A DNA stretch of 64,000 nt from assembly GCA_964057225.1 (NCBI GenBank), contig OZ059895.1, positions 2,542,001-2,606,000 on the forward strand, given 5' to 3'. The stretch comes from Auanema rhodensis (lineage: Eukaryota > Animalia > Nematoda). The notes beneath the pieces were generated by a model, which saw only the letters and a program-made list of their open reading frames with translations, did no database searches and was not told the origin of the DNA. A program made the translations under genes and the position numbers. Below are positions 1 through 10,699 of this stretch, in pieces (the first letter of the stretch is position 1; every line of letters starts with the position of its first letter).

Positions 1-23
1 TTGTCAAAATGTTTTTGGAAGCA

Positions 24-51
24 ATGTTGAGTGTACATGGAAACTCAACAT
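24..51. other. Perfect 9-bp inverted repeat with 10-nt spacer (present in almost every monomer; first copy given)
   Basis: ATGTTGAGT (24-32), spacer GTACATGGAA, ACTCAACAT (43-51). The arms are exact reverse complements. Confidence 0.95.
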
Positions 52-129
52 ACACTTATGCATCATTTTTCAAACGATCATAACTAATTCTTGTATTAAG
101 CGTTTCTCAATGTAGTATAGTGCATTCGA

Positions 130-188
130 TGCGGATTTTTAAGCTGGGTCGATCTGTGTTATCAGATTTGCGCTAGCTTAAAAATGCA
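130..188. other. Long imperfect palindrome with a perfect 11-bp stem (recurs per monomer; first copy given)
   Basis: ATTTTTAAGCT (135-145) pairs exactly with AGCTTAAAAAT (175-185). Inner ATCTG (152-156) / CAGAT (163-167) flanks the loop TGTTAT. GCG (146-148, C allele) pairs with CGC (171-173), and outer TGC (130-132) pairs with GCA (186-188). Confidence 0.93.
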
Positions 189-202
189 CCGAGATATCAA
201 CT

Positions 203-224
203 GATATAAGTTCACACTTATATC
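203..224. other. Perfect 9-bp inverted repeat with 4-nt loop (present in almost every monomer; first copy given)
   Basis: GATATAAGT (203-211), loop TCAC, ACTTATATC (216-224). It can be extended with bulges by CGAG (190-193) / CTCG (225-228) and AAAAT (181-185) / ATTTT (229-233). Confidence 0.95.
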
Positions 225-288
225 CTCGATTTTCACCCTGAAGAATTAATTTTTTCGTTGAATAACATTGTCCATCGTCTTCGCCTTG

Positions 289-370
289 AAAAAAAGAATC
301 TAAAAACATCTACTTTTTGCTAAATTATTTTGAAATTTTTCGAAAAAATTTTTGTCAAAATGTTTTTGGA
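289..370. other. A/T-tract cluster with palindrome across the monomer junction
   Basis: Perfect 12-bp palindrome TTTTTCGAAAAA (336-347). It is flanked by TTTTGA (328-333) / TCAAAA (355-360) and by TCTAAAAACAT (299-309) / ATGTTTTTGGA (360-370; 10 of 11 match). A/T tracts start near 289, 302, 314, 322, 333, 343, 357 and 363. Confidence 0.85.
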
Positions 371-2030
371 AGCAATGTTGAGTGTACATGGAAACTCAAC
401 ATACACTAATGCATCATTTTTCAAACGATCATAACTAATTTTTGTATTAAGCGTTTCTCAATGTAGTATAGTGCATTCGATGCGGATTTTTAAGCTGCGT
501 CGATTTGTGTTATCAGATTTGCGCTAGCTTAAAAATGCACCGAGATATCAACTGATATAAGTTCACACTTATATCCTCGATTTTCACCCTGAAGAATTAA
601 TTTTTTCGTTGAATAACATTGTCCATCGTCTTTGCCTTGAAAAAAGGAATCTAAAAACATCTACTTTTTGCTAAATTATTTTGAAATTTTTGGAAAAAAT
701 TTTTGCCAAAATGTTTTTGGAAGCAATGTTGAGTGTACATGGAAACTCAACATACACTAATGCATCATTTTTCAAACGATCATAACTAATTTTTGTATTA
801 AGCGTTTCTCAATGTAGTATAGTGCATTCGATGCGGATTTTTAAGCTGCGTCGATTTGTGTTATCAGATTTGCGCTAGCTTAAAAATGCACCGAGATATC
901 AACTGATATAAGTTCACACTTATATCCTCGATTTTCACCCTGAAGAATTAATTTTTTCGTTGAATAACATTGTCCATCGTCTTTGCCTTGAAAAAAGGAA
1001 TCTAAAAACATCTACTTTTTGCTAAATTATTTTGAAATTTTTGGAAAAAATTTTTGCCAAAATGTTTTTGGAAGCAATGTTGAGTGTACATGGAAACTCA
1101 ACATACACTAATGCATCATTTTTCAAACGATCATAACTAATTTTTGTATTAAGCGTTTCTCAATGTAGTATAGTGCATTCGATGCGGATTTTTAAGCTGC
1201 GTCGATTTGTGTTATCAGATTTGCGCTAGCTTAAAAATGCACCGAGATATCAACTGATATAAGTTCACACTTATATCCTCGATTTTCACCCTGAAGAATT
1301 AATTTTTTCGTTGAATAACATTGTCCATCGTCTTTGCCTTGAAAAAAGGAATCTAAAAACATCTACTTTTTGCTAAATTATTTTGAAATTTTTGGAAAAA
1401 ATTTTTGCCAAAATGTTTTTGGAAGCAATGTTGAGTGTACATGGAAACTCAACATACACTAATGCATCATTTTTCAAACGATCATAACTAATTTTTGTAT
1501 TAAGCGTTTCTCAATGTAGTATAGTGCATTCGATGCGGATTTTTAAGCTGCGTCGATTTGTGTTATCAGATTTGCGCTAGCTTAAAAATGCACCGAGATA
1601 TCAACTGATATAAGTTCACACTTATATCCTCGATTTTCACCCTGAAGAATTAATTTTTTCGTTGAATAACATTGTCCATCGTCTTTGCCTTGAAAAAAGG
1701 AATCTAAAAACATCTACTTTTTGCTAAATTATTTTGAAATTTTTGGAAAAAATTTTTGCCAAAATGTTTTTGGAAGCAATGTTGAGTGTACATGGAAACT
1801 CAACATACACTAATGCATCATTTTTCAAACGATCATAACTAATTTTTGTATTAAGCGTTTCTCAATGTAGTATAGTGCATTCGATGCGGATTTTTAAGCT
1901 GCGTCGATTTGTGTTATCAGATTTGCGCTAGCTTAAAAATGCACCGAGATATCAACTGATATAAGTTCACACTTATATCCTCGATTTTCACCCTGAAGAA
2001 TTAATTTTTTCGTTGAATAACATTGTCCAT
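352..2030. repeat. Run of four apparently identical monomers carrying private variants
   Basis: TTTGGAAAAAATTTTTGCCAAAA replaces TTTCGAAAAAATTTTTGTCAAAA, with the variant G at 692, 1043, 1394 and 1745. I did not see it elsewhere. Confidence 0.9.
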
Positions 2031-5000
2031 CGTCTTCGCCTTGAAAAAAGGAATCTAAAAACATCTACTTTTTGCTAAATTATTTTGAAATTTTTCGAAA
2101 AAATTTTTGTCAAAATGTTTTTGGAAGCAATGTTGAGTGTACATGGAAACTCAACATACACTTATGCATCATTTTTCAAACGATCATAACTAATTCTTGT
2201 ATTAAGCGTTTCTCAATGTAGTATAGTGCATTCGATGCGGATTTTTAAGCTGGGTCGATCTGTGTTATCAGATTTGCGCTAGCTTAAAAATGCACCGAGA
2301 TATCAACTGATATAAGTTCACACTTATATCCTCGATTTTCACCCTGAAGAATTAATTTTTTCGTTGAATAACATTGTCCATCGTCTTCGCCTTGAAAAAA
2401 AGAATCTAAAAACATCTACTTTTTGCTAAATTATTTTGAAATTTTTCGAAAAAATTTTTGTCAAAATGTTTTTGGAAGCAATGTTGAGTGTACATGGAAA
2501 CTCAACATACACTAATGCATCATTTTTCAAACGATCATAACTAATTTTTGTATTAAGCGTTTCTCAATGTAGTATAGTGCATTCGATGCGGATTTTTAAG
2601 CTGCGTCGATTTGTGTTATCAGATTTGCGCTAGCTTAAAAATGCACCGAGATATCAACTGATATAAGTTCACACTTATATCCTCGATTTTCACCCTGAAG
2701 AATTAATTTTTTCGTTGAATAACATTGTCCATCGTCTTCGCCTTGAAAAAAGAAATCTAAAAACATCTACTTTTTGCTAAATTATTTTGAAATTTTTCGA
2801 AAAAATTTTTGTCAAAATGTTTTTGGAAGCAATGTTGAGTGTACATGGAAACTCAACATACACTTATGCATCATTTTTCAAACGATCATAACTAATTTTT
2901 GTATTAAGCGTTTTTCAATGTAGTATAGTGCATTCGATGCGGATTTTTAAGCTGCGTCGATTTGTCTTATCAGATTTGCGCTAGCTTAAAAATGCACCGA
3001 GATATCAACTGATATAAGTTCACACTTATATCCTCGATTTTCACCCTGAAGAATTAATTTTTTCGTTGAATAACATTGTCCATCGTCTTCGCCTTGAAAA
3101 AAGAAATCTAAAAACATCTACTTTTTGCTAAATTATTTTGAAATTTTTCGAAAAAATTTTTGTCAAAATGTTTTTGGAAGCAATGTTGAGTGTACATGGA
3201 AACTCAACATACACTAATGCATCATTTTTCAAACGATCATAACTAATTTTTGTATTAAGCGTTTCTCAATGTAGTATAGTGCATTCGATGCGGATTTTTA
3301 AGCTGCGTCGATTTGTGTTATCAGATTTGCGCTAGCTTAAAAATGCACCGAGATATCAACTGATATAAGTTCACACTTATATCCTCGATTTTCACCCTGA
3401 AGAATTAATTTTTTCGTTGAATAACATTGTCCATCGTCTTCGCCTTGAAAAAAGGAATCTAAAAACATCTACTTTTTGCTAAATTATTTTGAAATTTTTC
3501 GAAAAAATTTTTGTCAAAATGTTTTTGGAAGCAATGTTGAGTGTACATGGAAACTCAACATACACTTATGCATCATTTTTCGAACAATCATAACTAATTT
3601 TTGTATTAAGCGTTTCTCAATGTAGTATAGTGCATTCGATGCGGATTTTTAAGCTGGGTCGATCTGTGTTATCAGATTTGCGCTAGCTTAAAAATGCACC
3701 GAGATATCAACTGATATAAGTTCACACTTATATCCTCGATTTTCACCATGAAGAAATAATTTTTTTGTTGAATAACATTGTCCATCGTCTTTGCCTTGAA
3801 AAATGGAATCTAAAAACATCTACTTTTTGCTAAATTATTTTGAAATTTTTCGAAAAAATTTTTGTCAAAATGTTTTTGGAAGCAATGTTGAGTGTACATG
3901 GAAACTCAACATACACTTATGCATCATTTTTCGAACAATCATAACTAATTTTTGTATTAAGCGTTTCTCAATGTAGTATAGTGCATTCGATGCGGATTTT
4001 TAAGCTGCGTCGATTTGTCTTATCAGATTTGCGCTAGCTTAAAAATGCACCGAGATATCAACTGATATATGTTCACACTTATATCCTCGATTTTCACCCT
4101 GAAGAATTAATTTTTTCGTTGAATAACATTGTCCATCGTCTTCGCCTTGAAAAAAAGAATCTAAAAACATCTACTTTTTGCTAAATTATTTTGAAATTTT
4201 TCGAAAAAATTTTTGTCAAAATGTTTTTGGAAGCAATGTTGAGTGTACATGGAAACTCAACATACACTAATGCATCATTTTTCAAACGATCATAACTAAT
4301 TTTTGTATTAAGCGTTTCTCAATGTAGTATAGTGCATTCGATGCGGATTTTTAAGCTGCGTCGATTTGTGTTATCAGATTTGCGCTAGCTTAAAAATGCA
4401 CCGAGATATCAACTGATATAAGTTCACACTTATATCCTCGATTTTCACCCTGAAGAATTAAATTTTTCGTTGAATAACATTGTCCATCGTCTTCGCCTTG
4501 AAAAAAAGAATCTAAAAACAACTACTTTTTGCTAAATTATTTTGAAATTTTTCGAAAAAATTTTTGTCAAAATGTTTTTGGAAGCAATGTTGAGTGTACA
4601 TGGAAACTCAACATACACTAATGCATCATTTTTCAAACCATCATAACTAATTTTTGTATTAAGCGTTTCTCAATGTAGTATAGTGCATTCGATGCGGATT
4701 TTTAAGCTGCGTCGATCTGTGTTATCAGATTTGCGCTAGCTTAAAAATGCACCGAGATATCAACTGATATAAGTTCACACTTATATCCTCGATTTTCACC
4801 CTGAAGAATTAATTTTTTCGTTGAATAACATTGTCCATCGTCTTCGCCTTGAAAAAAAGAATCTAAAAACATCTACTTCTTGCTAAATTATTTTGAAATT
4901 TTTCGAAAAAATTTTTGTCAAAATGTTTTTGGAAGCAATGTTGAGTGTACATGGAAACTCAACATACACTAATGCATCATTTTTCAAACGATCATAACTA

Positions 5001-8000
5001 ATTTTTGTATTAAGCGTTTCTCAATGTAGTATAGTGCATTCGATGCGGATTTTTAAGCTGCGTCGATTTGTGTTATCAGATTTGCGCTAGCTTAAAAATG
5101 CACCGAGATATCAACTGATATAAGTTCACACTTATATCCTCGATTTTCACCCTGAAGAATTAATTTTTTCGTTGAATAACATTGTCCATCGTCTTCGCCT
5201 TGAAAAAAAGAATCTAAAAACAACTACTTTTTGCTAAATTATTTTGAAATTTTTCGAAAAAATTTTTGTCAAAATGTTTTTGGAACCAATGTTGAGTGTA
5301 CATGGAAACTCAACATACACTAATGCATCATTTTTCAAACGATCATAACTAATTTTTGTATTAAGCGTTTCTCAATGTAGTATAGTGCATTCGATGCGGA
5401 TTTTTAAGCTGGGTCGATCTGTGTTATCAGATTTGCGCTAGCTTAAAAATGCACCGAGATATCAACTGATATAAGTTCACACTTATATCCTCGATTTTCA
5501 CCCTGAAGAATTAATTTTTTCGTTGAATAACATTGTCCATCGTCTTCGCCTTGAAAAAAAGAATCTAAAAACATCTACTTTTTGCTAAATTATTTTGAAA
5601 TTTTTCGAAAAAATTTTTGTCAAAATGTTTTTGGAAGCAATGTTGAGTGTACATGGAAACTCAACATACACTAATGCATCATTTTTCAAACAATCATAAC
5701 TAATTTTTGTATTAAGCGTTGCTCAATGTAGTATAGTGCATTCGATGCGGATTTTTAAGCTGGGTCGATCTGTGTTATCAGATTTGCGCTAGCTTAAAAA
5801 TGCACCGAGATATCAACTGATATAAGTTCACACTTATATCCTCGATTTTCACCCTGAAGAATTAATTTTTTCGTTGAATAACATTGTCCATCGTCTTCGC
5901 CTTGAAAAAAAGAATCTAAAAACATCTACTTTTTGCTAAATTATTTTGAAATTTTTCGAAAAAATTTTTGTCAAAATGTTTTTGGAAGCAATGTTGAGTG
6001 TACATGGAAACTCAACATACACTAATGCATCATTTTTCAAACAATCATAACTAATTTTTGTATTAAGCGTTTCTCAATGTAGTATAGTGCATTCGATGCG
6101 GATTTTTAAGCTGCGTCGATTTGTGTTATCAGATTTGCGCTAGCTTAAAAATGCACCGAGATATCAACTGATATAAGTTCACACTTATATCCTCGATTTT
6201 CACCCTGAAGAATTAATTTTTTCGTTGAATAACATTGTCCATCGTCTTCGCCTTGAAAAAAGGAATCTAAAAACATCTACTTTTTGCTAAATTATTTTGA
6301 AATTTTTCGAAAAAATTTTTGTCAAAATGTTTTTGGAAGCAATGTTGAGTGTACATGGAAACTCAACATACACTTATGCATCATTTTTCAAACGATCATA
6401 ACTAATTCTTGTATTAAGCGTTTCTCAATGTAGTATAGTGCATTCGATGCGGATTTTTAAGCTGGGTCGATCTGTGTTATCAGATTTGCGCTAGCTTAAA
6501 AATGCACCGAGATATCAACTGATATAAGTTCACACTTATATCCTCGATTTTCACCCTGAAGAATTAATTTTTTCGTTGAATAACATTGTCCATCGTCTTC
6601 GCCTTGAAAAAAAGAATCTAAAAACATCTACTTTTTGCTAAATTATTTTGAAATTTTTCGAAAAAATTTTTGTCAAAATGTTTTTGGAAGCAATGTTGAG
6701 TGTACATGGAAACTCAACATACACTAATGCATCATTTTTCAAACGATCATAACTAATTTTTGTATTAAGCGTTTCTCAATGTAGTATAGTGCATTCGATG
6801 CGGATTTTTAAGCTGCGTCGATTTGTGTTATCAGATTTGCGCTAGCTTAAAAATGCACCGAGATATCAACTGATATAAGTTCACACTTATATCCTCGATT
6901 TTCACCCTGAAGAATTAATTTTTTCGTTGAATAACATTGTCCATCGTCTTCGCCTTGAAAAAAGAAATCTAAAAACATCTACTTTTTGCTAAATTATTTT
7001 GAAATTTTTCGAAAAAATTTTTGTCAAAATGTTTTTGGAAGCAATGTTGAGTGTACATGGAAACTCAACATACACTTATGCATCATTTTTCAAACGATCA
7101 TAACTAATTTTTGTATTAAGCGTTTTTCAATGTAGTATAGTGCATTCGATGCGGATTTTTAAGCTGCGTCGATTTGTCTTATCAGATTTGCGCTAGCTTA
7201 AAAATGCACCGAGATATCAACTGATATAAGTTCACACTTATATCCTCGATTTTCACCCTGAAGAATTAATTTTTTCGTTGAATAACATTGTCCATCGTCT
7301 TCGCCTTGAAAAAAGAAATCTAAAAACATCTACTTTTTGCTAAATTATTTTGAAATTTTTCGAAAAAATTTTTGTCAAAATGTTTTTGGAAGCAATGTTG
7401 AGTGTACATGGAAACTCAACATACACTAATGCATCATTTTTCAAACGATCATAACTAATTTTTGTATTAAGCGTTTCTCAATGTAGTATAGTGCATTCGA
7501 TGCGGATTTTTAAGCTGCGTCGATTTGTGTTATCAGATTTGCGCTAGCTTAAAAATGCACCGAGATATCAACTGATATAAGTTCACACTTATATCCTCGA
7601 TTTTCACCCTGAAGAATTAATTTTTTCGTTGAATAACATTGTCCATCGTCTTCGCCTTGAAAAAAGGAATCTAAAAACATCTACTTTTTGCTAAATTATT
7701 TTGAAATTTTTCGAAAAAATTTTTGTCAAAATGTTTTTGGAAGCAATGTTGAGTGTACATGGAAACTCAACATACACTTATGCATCATTTTTCGAACAAT
7801 CATAACTAATTTTTGTATTAAGCGTTTCTCAATGTAGTATAGTGCATTCGATGCGGATTTTTAAGCTGGGTCGATCTGTGTTATCAGATTTGCGCTAGCT
7901 TAAAAATGCACCGAGATATCAACTGATATAAGTTCACACTTATATCCTCGATTTTCACCATGAAGAAATAATTTTTTTGTTGAATAACATTGTCCATCGT

Positions 8001-10473
8001 CTTTGCCTTGAAAAATGGAATCTAAAAACATCTACTTTTTGCTAAATTATTTTGAAATTTTTCGAAAAAATTTTTGTCAAAATGTTTTTGGAAGCAATGT
8101 TGAGTGTACATGGAAACTCAACATACACTTATGCATCATTTTTCGAACAATCATAACTAATTTTTGTATTAAGCGTTTCTCAATGTAGTATAGTGCATTC
8201 GATGCGGATTTTTAAGCTGCGTCGATTTGTCTTATCAGATTTGCGCTAGCTTAAAAATGCACCGAGATATCAACTGATATATGTTCACACTTATATCCTC
8301 GATTTTCACCCTGAAGAATTAATTTTTTCGTTGAATAACATTGTCCATCGTCTTCGCCTTGAAAAAAAGAATCTAAAAACATCTACTTTTTGCTAAATTA
8401 TTTTGAAATTTTTCGAAAAAATTTTTGTCAAAATGTTTTTGGAAGCAATGTTGAGTGTACATGGAAACTCAACATACACTAATGCATCATTTTTCAAACG
8501 ATCATAACTAATTTTTGTATTAAGCGTTTCTCAATGTAGTATAGTGCATTCGATGCGGATTTTTAAGCTGCGTCGATTTGTGTTATCAGATTTGCGCTAG
8601 CTTAAAAATGCACCGAGATATCAACTGATATAAGTTCACACTTATATCCTCGATTTTCACCCTGAAGAATTAAATTTTTCGTTGAATAACATTGTCCATC
8701 GTCTTCGCCTTGAAAAAAAGAATCTAAAAACAACTACTTTTTGCTAAATTATTTTGAAATTTTTCGAAAAAATTTTTGTCAAAATGTTTTTGGAAGCAAT
8801 GTTGAGTGTACATGGAAACTCAACATACACTAATGCATCATTTTTCAAACCATCATAACTAATTTTTGTATTAAGCGTTTCTCAATGTAGTATAGTGCAT
8901 TCGATGCGGATTTTTAAGCTGCGTCGATCTGTGTTATCAGATTTGCGCTAGCTTAAAAATGCACCGAGATATCAACTGATATAAGTTCACACTTATATCC
9001 TCGATTTTCACCCTGAAGAATTAATTTTTTCGTTGAATAACATTGTCCATCGTCTTCGCCTTGAAAAAAAGAATCTAAAAACATCTACTTCTTGCTAAAT
9101 TATTTTGAAATTTTTCGAAAAAATTTTTGTCAAAATGTTTTTGGAAGCAATGTTGAGTGTACATGGAAACTCAACATACACTAATGCATCATTTTTCAAA
9201 CGATCATAACTAATTTTTGTATTAAGCGTTTCTCAATGTAGTATAGTGCATTCGATGCGGATTTTTAAGCTGCGTCGATTTGTGTTATCAGATTTGCGCT
9301 AGCTTAAAAATGCACCGAGATATCAACTGATATAAGTTCACACTTATATCCTCGATTTTCACCCTGAAGAATTAATTTTTTCGTTGAATAACATTGTCCA
9401 TCGTCTTCGCCTTGAAAAAAAGAATCTAAAAACAACTACTTTTTGCTAAATTATTTTGAAATTTTTCGAAAAAATTTTTGTCAAAATGTTTTTGGAACCA
9501 ATGTTGAGTGTACATGGAAACTCAACATACACTAATGCATCATTTTTCAAACGATCATAACTAATTTTTGTATTAAGCGTTTCTCAATGTAGTATAGTGC
9601 ATTCGATGCGGATTTTTAAGCTGGGTCGATCTGTGTTATCAGATTTGCGCTAGCTTAAAAATGCACCGAGATATCAACTGATATAAGTTCACACTTATAT
9701 CCTCGATTTTCACCCTGAAGAATTAATTTTTTCGTTGAATAACATTGTCCATCGTCTTCGCCTTGAAAAAAAGAATCTAAAAACATCTACTTTTTGCTAA
9801 ATTATTTTGAAATTTTTCGAAAAAATTTTTGTCAAAATGTTTTTGGAAGCAATGTTGAGTGTACATGGAAACTCAACATACACTAATGCATCATTTTTCA
9901 AACAATCATAACTAATTTTTGTATTAAGCGTTGCTCAATGTAGTATAGTGCATTCGATGCGGATTTTTAAGCTGGGTCGATCTGTGTTATCAGATTTGCG
10001 CTAGCTTAAAAATGCACCGAGATATCAACTGATATAAGTTCACACTTATATCCTCGATTTTCACCCTGAAGAATTAATTTTTTCGTTGAATAACATTGTC
10101 CATCGTCTTCGCCTTGAAAAAAAGAATCTAAAAACATCTACTTTTTGCTAAATTATTTTGAAATTTTTCGAAAAAATTTTTGTCAAAATGTTTTTGGAAG
10201 CAATGTTGAGTGTACATGGAAACTCAACATACACTAATGCATCATTTTTCAAACAATCATAACTAATTTTTGTATTAAGCGTTTCTCAATGTAGTATAGT
10301 GCATTCGATGCGGATTTTTAAGCTGCGTCGATTTGTGTTATCAGATTTGCGCTAGCTTAAAAATGCACCGAGATATCAACTGATATAAGTTCACACTTAT
10401 ATCCTCGATTTTCACCCTGAAGAATTAATTTTTTCGTTGAATAACATTGTCCATCGTCTTCGCCTTGAAAAAA
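1832..10473. repeat. Tandem duplication of a 12-monomer (4212-bp) block, 2 copies
   Basis: Rare SNPs recur at exactly +4212: 2196/6408, 4070/8282, 4879/9091, 5286/9498. Confidence 0.93.
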
Positions 10474-10699
10474 AGAATCTAAAAACAACTACTTTTTGCT
10501 AAATTATTTTGAAATTTTTCGAAAAAATTTTTGTCAAAATGTTTTTGGAAGCAATGTTGAGTGTACATGGAAACTCAACATACACTAATGCATCATTTTT
10601 CAAACGATCATAACTAATTTTTGTATTAAGCGTTTCTCAATGTAGTATAGTGCATTCGATGCGGATTTTTAAGCTGCGTCGATTTGTGTTATCAGATTT

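Noticed and set aside
130-188. G-T wobble-compatible variants as proof of RNA structure selection
   Set aside because: Any transition in a stem is wobble-compatible on one strand or the other, and disruptive variants (GATGTTT, GCATG) also occur.
253-269. CENP-B box-like TTTCGTTGAATAACATT
   Set aside because: It matches the TTCG....A part but lacks the essential CGGG (5 of 9 core positions).
1-351. Tandem 5S rRNA, tRNA, snRNA or spliced-leader gene unit, or a hammerhead ribozyme
   Set aside because: I recognised no conserved RNA gene sequence. CTGAAGA (238-244) resembles the hammerhead CUGANGA core, but I could not build the required three stems with a GAAA. An Infernal/Rfam search would settle it.
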